A stretch of DNA of 64,000 bases from Candidatus Caldarchaeum sp. (GCA_038831915.1 JAWBKB010000005.1:1-64000); one strand, 5' to 3'. Positions 9,468 to 19,483 are shown, counted from the stretch's first letter. Notes: a model not told the origin generated them from the letters alone. Program-made: numbers and translations.

Positions 9468-10220
9468 GTGATTTATCCAACTAAAACGGTTGACTGGTCG
9501 GAGGTCCGGGATTGGTGTTGGAAGCTTGCGGAAAACGTGAGAAACTCAGGCTGGAAACCCGATGTAGTCGTCGCTGTCGGCAGAGGTGGGATGGTTGTGT
9601 CCCGGATATTAAGCGACCTTTTGAGAGTCGACAAAATCGTCACGCTTTTCGTGAAATGGTATGAACTCGACAAAAAACCCGGTGAAACCTATCTCGCTGA
9701 ACTGATAAGGGCATACGCAAGAGCTCATCGAAACGGAACATCGCCCGACGAAGAAATATATCGATACGTTCGGGACAAGTTGAGAGTTAGAATTGATTTT
9801 GAACAGGATTTTGACATGACGGGGCAGAAAGTTCTTTTGACCGAGGAAATTTCCGCCACGGGCATGCATATCAAGCTGGCCAAGGAAGTGGTGGAAAAAA
9901 GATGGAACGCCGAAGAAGCGAGGGCCTCTGCCTTGATTTGGAAAGCACCATCGGTCATGGGACCTGAAGCCGTTCACGTCGACTACTACGTCGTCAAGCC
10001 CGCGAAATTCGTGTGGTTCCAGTTTCCATGGAGCCGTCTCGCCGACTACATCCAATTCCTCAAAGTCATGACCGAATTCGAATCACCTAAAAACGGAAAC
10101 AACTGGTCGGAGCAGGAACTCATCGAAACTTTTAGAAAATGGTACGGCGACAAAATCGACACTCAATATTTCAGGGAAGCTTTGAAAATGCTCAAAACTA
10201 TAACGGTAGCAACTCGTTAA
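9468..10220 (+). CDS. Type I phosphoribosyltransferase-fold protein (purine PRT-like, atypical PRPP loop)
   Basis: WKPDVVVAVGRGG, VLLTEEISATG, WFQFPW. Confidence 0.8.
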   Translation: MIYPTKTVDWSEVRDWCWKLAENVRNSGWKPDVVVAVGRGGMVVSRILSDLLRVDKIVTLFVKWYELDKKPGETYLAELIRAYARAHRNGTSPDEEIYRYVRDKLRVRIDFEQDFDMTGQKVLLTEEISATGMHIKLAKEVVEKRWNAEEARASALIWKAPSVMGPEAVHVDYYVVKPAKFVWFQFPWSRLADYIQFLKVMTEFESPKNGNNWSEQELIETFRKWYGDKIDTQYFREALKMLKTITVATR

Positions 10221-10456
10221 CCGCCGCGCAATTGATTGCTTATACTAATGTCAAGGATTTAGGTGGTTGGTTTTGCACTTTATTTCCATATGGTGTTCCA
10301 ACGTATTCCTCAGTCATGGAGAGCATTAGGTTCTCTGCTTATCTCAGCCCATGGCCAAGTTTTTGGACACTTAGAGACCATGTTATATATAGTGTGAGCC
10401 GATTCCAGCATTTCCGGCGATTCTTCCTTTATTAACACGAGAAACACGTAACATCC

Positions 10457-11998
10457 GTGGAAGTCAGCTTCAAAGCCATTTCGCCGAGCGAGTTCTTCTA
10501 CAAGAACCGGGACATCGCGGGCTTCAGCAGCCCAGCCAGAAGCCTTTACATGAGCATACGTGAGCTGGTGGAAAACTCGCTCGACGCAGCCGAAGTTGGC
10601 AGAATTCTACCCGACGTTTACGTGGAATTGTTTGAAGAGGATGCGGGCCAGAATTTGTACCGGCTGCGTGTCGTCGACAACGGGATTGGAGTGCCGGGCG
10701 ATAAGATTCCTTCCGCGTTTGGCACGGTTCTGTATGGGAGCAAATACGGGTTCAAACAGTCGCGTGGAACGTTCGGCTTGGGCGGCACGATGGCCATTCT
10801 CTACGGCCAGATAACGACGAACAAGCTCGCCACAATAATGTCAAGCACCGACGGCAAAACCATGTACGTCTACGAGCTGATGATTGACGTGGTCGAAAAC
10901 AAGCCCCGCGTCATAAAGTCTGAGAAAAAACCCAGCCCAAACGGCTGGCGCGGAACATGGGTCGAATTCAGCCTCGAAGCCGATTATCCCGGCGCCCGAG
11001 CAAAAATCCTTGATTACTTCAAGCACACCGCCATCGTCAACCCTCATGCAAACCTCACCTTCGTCGACAGCCGCGGCAGGCTCTACCACTATCCCCGCTC
11101 AGTGGAGAAAGTTCCCGAACCACCGACGGAAACACTGCCGCACCCGGTTGGAGTAGACGTCGAAATGATGACACGCATGGTGGCTGAAACAAAGGCCCGC
11201 AACGTTGTCACCTTCCTCACTACATCCTTTCAGAAAATAGGCGACAAAACGGCCCGCGAAGTCCTTGAACTCGCCAAGCTCAGCCCAGACATCCCGCCGA
11301 AGAAACTCAGCCACGAACAAATAACATCACTCGTCAACGCGTTCAAAAGATACGAAAAATTCAGGCCCCCGGACCCGACGCCGCTCAGCCCCGTCGGCAA
11401 AGAATTTCTCGAAGCCGGAATACGGAAAATCTTCAACCCCGACTTTGTCTACGTTGTTCAACGAGAGCCGTCTTCATACAGCGGTCATCCATTCATCGTC
11501 GAAGCCGCCGTCGCGTATGGAGGAAACATACCGCCGTCCGAAACCATTCAACTATATAGGTTTGCCAACAAAATCCCACTCCTCTACGACGAAAGAGCCG
11601 ATGTCGCGTGGAAAGTAGTCGACGAAAAAATCGACTGGAACAACTACAAAGTCCCCAAACCAGCTCCGCTCGCGGTTTTCACAAGCATCTGCTCCACCAA
11701 AATTCCATACAAAACAGTTGGAAAAGAAGCCATAGCTGACAGGCCTGAAATCGAACGCGAGCTAACCATGGCCCTGCGAGAATGCGGCCGCAACCTCAAA
11801 CTCTACCTGTCACGAATCGAAAAACGCGAAGCAGCCGCAAAACGTTTATCACTGTACGCAAAATACCTGCCCATGATCGCGGAATTTTCCGCCAAGGCAG
11901 CGGGAACCAAAAAACCCGACATCAAACCACTGCTGAAGAAAATGGGCATCACGGAAAAAGAGCTCGAACAGACATCGACGCAGGCTGAAACAGAGTAA
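10457..11998 (+). CDS. top6B: DNA topoisomerase VI subunit B
   Basis: GHKL motifs ELVENSLDA, DNGIG, QSRGTFGLG; RFANKIPLLYD; STKIPYKTVGKE. Confidence 0.97.
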   Translation: MEVSFKAISPSEFFYKNRDIAGFSSPARSLYMSIRELVENSLDAAEVGRILPDVYVELFEEDAGQNLYRLRVVDNGIGVPGDKIPSAFGTVLYGSKYGFKQSRGTFGLGGTMAILYGQITTNKLATIMSSTDGKTMYVYELMIDVVENKPRVIKSEKKPSPNGWRGTWVEFSLEADYPGARAKILDYFKHTAIVNPHANLTFVDSRGRLYHYPRSVEKVPEPPTETLPHPVGVDVEMMTRMVAETKARNVVTFLTTSFQKIGDKTAREVLELAKLSPDIPPKKLSHEQITSLVNAFKRYEKFRPPDPTPLSPVGKEFLEAGIRKIFNPDFVYVVQREPSSYSGHPFIVEAAVAYGGNIPPSETIQLYRFANKIPLLYDERADVAWKVVDEKIDWNNYKVPKPAPLAVFTSICSTKIPYKTVGKEAIADRPEIERELTMALRECGRNLKLYLSRIEKREAAAKRLSLYAKYLPMIAEFSAKAAGTKKPDIKPLLKKMGITEKELEQTSTQAETE

Positions 11999-12002
11999 AG
12001 TT

Positions 12003-12170
12003 TCAGCGTTTCTTCGGGTTTATCCAGTTGTAGCTTCGCCATTTCGGTGATGGATAGCCGCATGAAGCGCATCTTTTCTTGGCTTTGTGAAAGCTGCGGC
12101 GTCCGCATCTTCTGCATCGAATGTGCTGGGGCTTGTTGTATTTTCCCATCGAAGGAGTGCCTTTAACCAT
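12003..12170 (-). CDS. rpl37e: 50S ribosomal protein L37e (not in ORF track)
   Basis: Manual translation [55 protein letters not shown]. Confidence 0.97.
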   Translation of the reverse strand: MVKGTPSMGKYNKPQHIRCRRCGRRSFHKAKKRCASCGYPSPKWRSYNWINPKKR

Positions 12171-12277
12171 CTAAACTACCCGCCCAAGACATGACATCCC
12201 GCAATTAAAAGATTGAATTAACAGCTCCCCAAATTACGCTGACGCACGTCGACGCATGTTTTACGGTTGATGTTTTT

Positions 12278-12451
12278 CTATGGCTTGATGGCTTTCTTGA
12301 CCTTTTCCAACACGTCGGATGGAATTTTTTCAATTTTGTGGGCATGTTTGGCATGCGCGGTCAAAAGCGTCATCAACTCATCCATCGACGAAGCGTTCTT
12401 TATCTCGAAGGAGCAGTTTGGCATAACATCTTTGCAGCTAAAGCTCGGCAT
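12278..12451 (-). CDS. Small metal-binding protein, DUF1059-like (not in ORF track)
   Basis: Manual translation MPSFSCKDVMPNCSFEIKNASSMDELMTLLTAHAKHAHKIEKIPSDVLEKVKKAIKP*; C-x6-C...H-x4-H pattern. Confidence 0.85.
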   Translation of the reverse strand: MPSFSCKDVMPNCSFEIKNASSMDELMTLLTAHAKHAHKIEKIPSDVLEKVKKAIKP

Positions 12452-12516
12452 ACCTACAACATCTCTACGTCGGCTATAACCTTTTCATAATCTAACAGAA
12501 TGCAGAGGGCTCTTCG

Positions 12517-15183
12517 CTACGAAATTTCAAGTTTCAGGGCTTTCTTCATTCTGGCTTTCCGCAGAAGTTTGTAGAATTCCATCACCCAGACAACCGAGCT
12601 TGAAGCGATGAAAACCACTAAAATGTCTTCAAGTTTGAGGGGAACTGTTCGGAGAAACGGCTGCATCATAGGCGTGTAGACTGCTAGCGTTTGCAGCACA
12701 ACTCCGACGGAGATGCCGATTAACAGCTTGGTGTTGCCGAGCGGGTTCATGCGGAAAACAGAGCTTTCGAACGACCGACTGTTGAACGCGTTATACCACT
12801 GCATGACAACCAAAGTCGTGAAAACCATCGATTTCGCATATTCGTAGTCAACTGTGTTCAGGTAGTGAGTGAAGACGGCGATAGCAGTGGCTGCCATAGT
12901 CACCGCGACCATCAGGATTCTTCCGAAAATCCATCGAGGTAGAAACGGCTCGTCGTAAGGCGGTGGAGGTCTTCTCAAAAGGTTCGGCTCTTTCGGTTCC
13001 ATCACCAAAGGTATTGTAACCACGCCGTCGGTCACCATATTTATCCAGAGAATTTGCACGGCGACGAGAGGAAGTGGCAGGCCGATGGCGAGAGACGTGA
13101 TAAGGGTGATTATTTCGCCGAAATTGGTTGACAGAAGGAAGAAGATGATTTTTTTGAGGTTGTCGCGTATGCCGCGGCCTTCTTCGATGCCGTTGACGAT
13201 GCTGGCGAAATTGTCGTCGGTGAGTATGACGTGTGCGGTTTCCTTCGCGGCGTCCGTGCCCTTAATGCCCATGGCGATACCGACGTTTGCCTCGGCCAAT
13301 GCGGGAGCGTCGTTTATACCGTCGCCTGTCATGGCCACGATTCGGCCCCTGTTTTTCAACATTCGGACAATCCGAAGCTTATCCTCCGGCAGAACTCTCG
13401 CATAAACGTTGACCTCCAACTTGGCCAATTCTTCATCCGAAAGTTTTTCAATTTCTTTTGCAACACGGGGGTTTTTCATTCCAAGCAGTCGAGCAACCGC
13501 AACCGCTGTCGCCGGGTTGTCTCCGGTCACCATGATGGGCTCGATCCCCGCTTCATAGCATTTTTTCACCGATTCTATGGCTTCGGGCCTCGGTGGGTCA
13601 ATCATTCCAACGATTCCCACCAACACAAGCTTGCTTTCCAGGAAATCTACCTGGATGGTTTTAACACTGCCGTCCAACTCCATATATCCCAGAGCCAGAA
13701 CACGAAGAGCTTCAACACCATATTGCTCATTCACCCGCGTAAAAAGCTCGACATCATGTTCAGACAATTCCCGGATGCTTCCATCCAAAACATATGCTGA
13801 AAATTCCAAAAGTTTCTCCAACGCGCCTTTAACAAATACATGTGTTTTTTCACCAACTTGATGCATCGTCACCATTATGCGCCGTTTGCTGTCGAAAGGA
13901 ATTTCGAAGATTCGCGGATGTTTTTGCAAAAGTGCTTCCACATCGATTCCTGCTTTCCGAGCCGCCACCAGAAGAGCTCCCTCAGTAGGGTCTCCATAAA
14001 CTTTCCACGCACCGCCTTGGTTGACAAGTTTCGCGTTATTGCATAAAGCTCCAATAGTCAACCCCAGCTTGAGGGATTTTTCATCGGCTTCATTGTTTTC
14101 TGGTATGAATTCACCTTCGGGGCTGTATCCCGTGCCCGTAACACGGTAGTGTCTGAACCCGATGAAAGCCCGTGTAACAGTCATTTCGTTCTTCGTCAAA
14201 GTTCCGGTTTTGTCAGTGCAGACGGTGTCGATGGAGCCGAGTGTTTCGATGGCTACAAGTCTTCTGATGATTACGTTGCGGCGTGCCATGCGGTACATGC
14301 CTACCGACAAAGCCACGGTTATGGCTACGGGCAACCCTTCAGGGACGGCGGAAACAGCTTGGCTCAACGCGACGAGAAACAAGTCGTAGAGGTCGAGGAC
14401 CCGAAGTAAACCTAGGAAAACAGTCAAAGTCATTAAAACAAAAACCACAGCGATAATCCATCGGCTGAATTGTGCAAGTCTCCGCATGATTGGGATATCT
14501 TCACGCGCTTCTTCTACGAGTTGAGCGATTCGCCCCAATTCCGTCGCCATACCCGTAGCGACTACCACGGCTTCGCCGCGGCCTTCCAAAACTATGCTAC
14601 CGTGAAAAACCATGTTCGAACGTTCGTGAAGCGGTGTGTTAACGGGAAGAGGCTCCATGGTTTTTTCAACAGGCTGTGACTCGCCTGTGAGCATCGCTTC
14701 ATCCATTTTTAGGTTGACGCAGTTGATGATTCTCGCAGTCGCCGGAATTCTATCACCCTGTTCGAAGATGATGATGTCGCCTGGAACGATGAACCGGGTG
14801 TAAATTTCTGCTACACCGCCGTCTCGTTTCACCTTGGATTTCGGAGCGGCAAGCTGTTTTAATGCTTGGATGGATTTTTCAGCTCGCCCTTCCTGAACGG
14901 TTCCGATAATCGAGTTAACTGTCAAAATCAAAGCGATGATGAACGCGTCAAAGATTTTTCCGAGAAAGAAAGCTATTGCGGCGGCGAAAATCAAAACATA
15001 GATAATCGGGCTTTTAAACTGCCTAATGAAAACATGAAAATATGTTTGCCTCTTCTTTTGGACCAGCTCGTTGTAACCATGTTGTCGAAGACGTTTTTCA
15101 GCCTCTTCGCTGGATAATCCCGCAACATCTGTCTGAAGAATTTGCAATACTTCTTCGACAGTTTTAGAGTGCCATTCAGCCAC
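12517..15183 (-). CDS. Cation-transporting P-type ATPase (P2A, Ca2+-type)
   Basis: LTGES, VPEGLP, DKTGTLT, GDPTEGAL, TGDN, TGDGINDAPAL, QILWINMVTDG. Confidence 0.95.
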   Translation of the reverse strand: MAEWHSKTVEEVLQILQTDVAGLSSEEAEKRLRQHGYNELVQKKRQTYFHVFIRQFKSPIIYVLIFAAAIAFFLGKIFDAFIIALILTVNSIIGTVQEGRAEKSIQALKQLAAPKSKVKRDGGVAEIYTRFIVPGDIIIFEQGDRIPATARIINCVNLKMDEAMLTGESQPVEKTMEPLPVNTPLHERSNMVFHGSIVLEGRGEAVVVATGMATELGRIAQLVEEAREDIPIMRRLAQFSRWIIAVVFVLMTLTVFLGLLRVLDLYDLFLVALSQAVSAVPEGLPVAITVALSVGMYRMARRNVIIRRLVAIETLGSIDTVCTDKTGTLTKNEMTVTRAFIGFRHYRVTGTGYSPEGEFIPENNEADEKSLKLGLTIGALCNNAKLVNQGGAWKVYGDPTEGALLVAARKAGIDVEALLQKHPRIFEIPFDSKRRIMVTMHQVGEKTHVFVKGALEKLLEFSAYVLDGSIRELSEHDVELFTRVNEQYGVEALRVLALGYMELDGSVKTIQVDFLESKLVLVGIVGMIDPPRPEAIESVKKCYEAGIEPIMVTGDNPATAVAVARLLGMKNPRVAKEIEKLSDEELAKLEVNVYARVLPEDKLRIVRMLKNRGRIVAMTGDGINDAPALAEANVGIAMGIKGTDAAKETAHVILTDDNFASIVNGIEEGRGIRDNLKKIIFFLLSTNFGEIITLITSLAIGLPLPLVAVQILWINMVTDGVVTIPLVMEPKEPNLLRRPPPPYDEPFLPRWIFGRILMVAVTMAATAIAVFTHYLNTVDYEYAKSMVFTTLVVMQWYNAFNSRSFESSVFRMNPLGNTKLLIGISVGVVLQTLAVYTPMMQPFLRTVPLKLEDILVVFIASSSVVWVMEFYKLLRKARMKKALKLEIS

Positions 15184-15236
15184 ACATAGATGTTGTGGGC
15201 GCGTCTAAAGATTATTTCCCCAAACGGCTGCTTTTG

Positions 15237-15461
15237 TTAAGGCGGCGATATCATAACGATGCTGTCTCCTCTCACTACTATTGTGCCGAGTTTGTTCTGG
15301 GTGTTTTCGTCGATGACTTCGTCTGTGTCTTCGAGGACGATGTTCATGTGTTGGTCGTATCCTTTGAGGAGGCCGCGGAGAACTTTGCCGTTGCGAAGTC
15401 GCACGAGGACTTTGGAGCCGACGCTTTTTGAGAGGATTTTTAGCGAGACGTCTGACGACAA
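15237..15461 (-). CDS. Sm-like archaeal protein (Lsm/SmAP)
   Basis: Sm1 LRGLLKGYDQHMNIVL and Sm2 VRGDSIVMISP. Confidence 0.95.
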   Translation of the reverse strand: MSSDVSLKILSKSVGSKVLVRLRNGKVLRGLLKGYDQHMNIVLEDTDEVIDENTQNKLGTIVVRGDSIVMISPP

Positions 15462-15628
15462 CTCAATAATTTCGGCGTGGAAGTCGTTAATAAATTTAGG
15501 TAGAAGAGTGAAGTCTGAGAATAGTGGGGAAGCCGCTGTAGACAGAGCGTCGGCGGCCCTTAATCGTTCGAGATATGGATGATGGCTGAAGGAGAGAGGA
15601 TGAGAAACTTTTTCGTGGGTAGTCTGTT

Positions 15629-17539
15629 TTATGATGTGGGTGATATTGTTTCGAGGTTGTGTGGGGTGAATATTGTGGCGGGTGTGATGCGGCTGATTGC
15701 AACGGCGAGGCTGTCGACGGCTTGTTCTTCTCCGTGGACGAGTATTATGTTTCGGGGTTTGGGGTTGATTCGTCTGACGTAGTTGATGAGTTGTTGTCTG
15801 CTCGAATGTCCTGAAAATCCATCAACTTTTTCGATTTGCATTTTTACGTTTATCATCTCGATTTTTCCCTCCTCGTTTCTCAGCGATATTTCTCTCACGC
15901 CTTTGAGAAGAGTTCGGCCCAGCGTTCCTTCGACCTGATAGCTTACAAACAGCAGCAAATTGTTGTCGTCGGTCGCGAATTCTCTCAGATATTTGAGGAC
16001 AGGCCCGCCTTCCAGCATGCCGGACGTCGAAATAATCACGGCCGGGCCTTTCATCTCGAGGATTTCCTGTCGTTGCTGCTCGCCTTTCACCGGTGTGAAG
16101 TATTCTGATAGGAAGATATTTTCACCTTCCCGTAGTTTCTGCTGAAGCTCCGCGGTGAAGTAATCGGGGTACGCGGTGTGTATTGCGGTCGCCTCTATCA
16201 CAAGGCCGTCGAGAAACACCGGTGTTTCAGCCAGCTTCTTCTTCCGCAACAGCTTGTTTAACACAAGCATGATCTCTTGAGCCCGGCCGATGGCTGGCAC
16301 AGGGATGATGACTTTACCGCTTCTGTTCACGGTTGCCGTTATCTTTTCGGCGAGAATTGCTTCGCTCTGCTCAAGAGTGTAGGGAACCGGGGTCGCGCCA
16401 TACGTGCTTTCCATGATGAGTGTTTCGACGCGTGGAAACTTTGAAACACATGGGTCGAGGGCCGTTGATTTCTCATACTTGAAATCACCTGTATAGACGA
16501 TGTTGTGAACTCCTTCGCCGATGTGGATGTGGACGGCTGCACTTCCAAGAATGTGGCCCGCGTTGTAGAACATGACGCGGATGTCGGGCGTGATGTTTGT
16601 GACCACTCCGTATTTGAGTGGAAAACTGTATTGAAGGGCTAGGCGGATGTCTGCTTCTCCGTAGGGTGCGAAACTTCCCTCTTTACCCGCGACCGATACG
16701 TAGTCGGTGACTTCGAGTGCCATGAGTGGAATAGATGGTTCGACCGCGTAGACAGGGCCTCTATATCCATATTTGAAGAGGTAGGGAACGAGGCCAACGT
16801 GGTCGAGGTGTGCGTGTGAGATGACTATTGCGTCGAGGTTTTCGACAAGGTTTGGCACCGTGTCGAATCTTGGGTAGAAAGCGAGATGGTTGGGCGCTCC
16901 CGCCGAAAGGCCGCAGTCAAGAAGAACCGTGCTTTCGCTCGTTTGAATAAGTAGGCAAGACCTTCCAACCTGCCTACCTGCTCCTAAAATAGTGATTCTC
17001 ACATCGGCTGAATCAAACGTGGTGGTCCGAAAAACTCTTTCACCGATGCTTCTCAAGATTTCGAGTTTTTCTTTCGTGTTCCAGTAGGAATAACGTTTGA
17101 TGCGGTCGATTGTTTTCGAAGGCATTAATGGTTCGCGGTTGATGCGGATGACCCATCCCGTTTCTTCGATGAGATGGTTGAGAATTTCGGTTCTGTCGAT
17201 GTTTGTGATTCTTGGGTCGTTTGATTCTACGACGATTTCGCCGAGCGGTTCGTCAAAGATTAGCCGGTAGCCGTCTCCGAGAACTTGTTTGATGATTTCT
17301 TCCGCTTCTTCCTTAGGCCGGCGAAGCTCGAGGTCAGGCCTTATGACGACGCGTTTCTTTATGAGTGTGACGAGTTCTCTGGCTATTTTGTCTCTTTCGC
17401 GGAAAACTTCGCGGTTATTAGTGTAAATCGCTATTCTCGGGCCTTCGTATTCGATGCGCGATACGGTGGGCTCCGTGGTCTCAAGCGACGTGAAGTACCT
17501 TAGCAGTTCGGTCCGCAGCCTTTCAACCGACGCCAACAA
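15629..17539 (-). CDS. Beta-CASP ribonuclease aCPSF1 (FttA) with N-terminal KH domains
   Basis: EYEGP, GAGRQVGRS, SHAHLDH, NAGHILGS, YTGDFK, MESTYG, GFSGHS, VHGE. Confidence 0.95.
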   Translation of the reverse strand: MLASVERLRTELLRYFTSLETTEPTVSRIEYEGPRIAIYTNNREVFRERDKIARELVTLIKKRVVIRPDLELRRPKEEAEEIIKQVLGDGYRLIFDEPLGEIVVESNDPRITNIDRTEILNHLIEETGWVIRINREPLMPSKTIDRIKRYSYWNTKEKLEILRSIGERVFRTTTFDSADVRITILGAGRQVGRSCLLIQTSESTVLLDCGLSAGAPNHLAFYPRFDTVPNLVENLDAIVISHAHLDHVGLVPYLFKYGYRGPVYAVEPSIPLMALEVTDYVSVAGKEGSFAPYGEADIRLALQYSFPLKYGVVTNITPDIRVMFYNAGHILGSAAVHIHIGEGVHNIVYTGDFKYEKSTALDPCVSKFPRVETLIMESTYGATPVPYTLEQSEAILAEKITATVNRSGKVIIPVPAIGRAQEIMLVLNKLLRKKKLAETPVFLDGLVIEATAIHTAYPDYFTAELQQKLREGENIFLSEYFTPVKGEQQRQEILEMKGPAVIISTSGMLEGGPVLKYLREFATDDNNLLLFVSYQVEGTLGRTLLKGVREISLRNEEGKIEMINVKMQIEKVDGFSGHSSRQQLINYVRRINPKPRNIILVHGEEQAVDSLAVAISRITPATIFTPHNLETISPTS

Positions 17540-17551
17540 ACCTACACCAAA

Positions 17552-18223
17552 CTAGGTGAGCGAAAGATAGTTGAAATACTTCCGGTAAAGCGGAACTTTT
17601 TCATCTAGGGAAAGCTCTCCATAACCCTTGTCCTTCAAAACATACGCGACGTCTACGCTGTCGCCGCTGCCCGCGTCACGCCTAATCGCCGCTGAAACCG
17701 CTTGGAACGCGAGCTCGACCGCCTCCTGGAACCCGAGTTTTTCGTTATAGTTTGGCTCAAGAACGCCGTAGGCGACGGGGCTTCCCGAGCCTGTTGCGAT
17801 GAGTTTTTCTTCTGTGACTGAGCCGAACGGGTCGAGGTTGAAGAGATGCGGGCCCTCGTCATCAACACCTGCGATTATGAGCTGTGCGTAGTAGGGGAAG
17901 AAACGTGAGCCAAACATGATGCTTGAAGTTAGGCGTGCAACGGCCTGCAAAGGCATCGGCCTGTCGCGCACAATCTGGTAATAATTGATGTTAGCCTTGA
18001 CAAGGTCAATAAGGGTTTGAGCGTCCGCAACCCTGCCGGCGATCGTGATCGCCGCGTGTTTCGCAAGCGGGAAAACTTTCTTTCCACGCCGATGGGCGAC
18101 GAAGAACCCAGATGTGACACGTGTGTCAGTAGCCACCACTACGGCGTCTCTAACCACCATGCCCACGGTGGTAGTCCCAGTCGTCAAGACATGCGGCTTG
18201 CCAGGCTGATACAATTCAAACAC
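17552..18223 (-). CDS. psmB: Proteasome beta subunit
   Basis: Propeptide followed by G|TTTVG, ATDTRVT, ATGSGS, RDAGSG. Confidence 0.96.
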   Translation of the reverse strand: MFELYQPGKPHVLTTGTTTVGMVVRDAVVVATDTRVTSGFFVAHRRGKKVFPLAKHAAITIAGRVADAQTLIDLVKANINYYQIVRDRPMPLQAVARLTSSIMFGSRFFPYYAQLIIAGVDDEGPHLFNLDPFGSVTEEKLIATGSGSPVAYGVLEPNYNEKLGFQEAVELAFQAVSAAIRRDAGSGDSVDVAYVLKDKGYGELSLDEKVPLYRKYFNYLSLT

Positions 18224-18341
18224 CTGTACATCCCGAAGCCTTTACAGGCATTTCACAGAAGCGTCTCGTGATTAAAAAACTTTCTGAGCACGGGCCGAGG
18301 ATGGCTTGTGTTTAAATAAAACGCCGCACCGCTTATTCAGG

Positions 18342-19058
18342 ATGTCAGAAGGCACCGCTGCAGCTGAGCAGCCGCTGACCGTTCAACAAAATTCCTACGT
18401 ATTAGTGGACTACACCATTCGCGTGAAGGAAACGGGTGAATTGGTTGACACGACTTTGGAATCTGAAGCCGAGAAAGCAGGTGTGAAGGACGCGTCGAAG
18501 GTTTACGAGCCGCGTCTCGTCATAGTCGGAAAAGGACTGCTGTTGAAAGCTGTGGAAGACGAGCTGATTGGAATGAAGCCGTTGGAAAGAAAAAACTTCG
18601 TAATAACGCCCGAGAAAGCTTTTGGGCCCCGCGACCCGGCGAACGTCCGCACCATCCCTATCAGAAAATTCAAAGACGCCGACGCACCGCTGAGAGTGGG
18701 CGCCGTCGTCAACGTCGAAGGAAGACAAGGAGTGATAAGAGCCATAGGTTCGGGCCGGGTACAAGTCGACTTCAACCACTACCTCGCCGGCAAAACACTT
18801 CTATGTGACGTCGAAGTCAAATCAATCCTCACCGACGACCTCGAAAAAGTCAAAAACCTCATACACATGCGTATCCCAGACATAGATCTCGACAAGTTCG
18901 AAATCAATCTCACACCACCCGAAATGCGAATAAAAATCCCCGAAGAAGCTTTCCTTCTTCCCGGCCTACAGCTCACCAAACGAGCCTTGGCGAAAGAAAT
19001 TAGGGAAGCTGTCAAGGATGTCGAGAAAGTCGTTTTCGTAGAAGAATATTCTGGATGA
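18342..19058 (+). CDS. FKBP-type peptidyl-prolyl isomerase (long archaeal SlyD-like)
   Basis: PEKAFGPRDP, VDFNHYLAGKTL. ATG 18342 lies about 30 nt after TTTAAATA. Confidence 0.92.
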   Translation: MSEGTAAAEQPLTVQQNSYVLVDYTIRVKETGELVDTTLESEAEKAGVKDASKVYEPRLVIVGKGLLLKAVEDELIGMKPLERKNFVITPEKAFGPRDPANVRTIPIRKFKDADAPLRVGAVVNVEGRQGVIRAIGSGRVQVDFNHYLAGKTLLCDVEVKSILTDDLEKVKNLIHMRIPDIDLDKFEINLTPPEMRIKIPEEAFLLPGLQLTKRALAKEIREAVKDVEKVVFVEEYSG

Positions 19059-19371
19059 AAGCAGCGATGTAGATTATTTGGATGATGTTGCCGGCGATGA
19101 AGATGGTTGATTCCACTATTCGGCCGGATGTGATGAAGAAGAGATGTGCCGGTGCGGGAAGAGATACTGCGAGAACAGTTATCGCCAACACTAGTCCAAT
19201 CCAGTAGCCAATCCTTTTTCCACTAAACACTAAGACGACGGCGGCCAAATAACCTATGAAGCCGATTGACAGGGATATCGCCAGCCAGGGTGGAACGACC
19301 GGTAAAGCGACGAATAGAAAAACGCCGCCGATCATCAGGCTGATCACTAGCAAAGTTTTCAGAATGTCCAT
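19012..19371 (-). CDS. Hypothetical membrane protein (about 4 TM)
   Basis: 119-aa hydrophobic ORF with ATG start. Confidence 0.7.
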   Translation of the reverse strand: MDILKTLLVISLMIGGVFLFVALPVVPPWLAISLSIGFIGYLAAVVLVFSGKRIGYWIGLVLAITVLAVSLPAPAHLFFITSGRIVESTIFIAGNIIQIIYIAAFIQNILLRKRLSRHP

Positions 19372-19416
19372 ATAGCTATGAGGTGTTGGATGTTTTTAAC
19401 CATAGAGTTGGCTGAG

Positions 19417-19460
19417 TTTTAGGGTTTACCTAAAATTGAGATTTTAGGTAAAGCCTAAAT
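19417..19460. promoter_or_regulatory. Two TTTAGG-N5-CCTAAA palindromic boxes (DtxR/IdeR/MntR-like operator pair)
   Basis: TTTAGGgtttaCCTAAA and TTTAGGtaaagCCTAAA; 19418-19436 and 19441-19459 are 18/19 inverted copies of each other. Confidence 0.65.
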
Positions 19461-19483
19461 TTGAGAAACCCAGCAACCCAAAC

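Noticed and set aside
10221-10456. AT-rich spacer with a 98-aa track ORF (10139-10435); considered as a small gene, MITE or ncRNA
   Set aside because: No recognisable motif, terminal repeat or stable structure.
12241-12260. Short tandem GACGCACGTC/GACGCATGTT
   Set aside because: Only two imperfect 10-mers; compatible with chance.
15500-15620. GCCGCTG/CGGCGGC hairpin and TGATG/CTGA words between lsm and aCPSF1; possible C/D or H/ACA sRNA
   Set aside because: Box order and spacing do not fit a canonical guide RNA; would need snoscan/Infernal.
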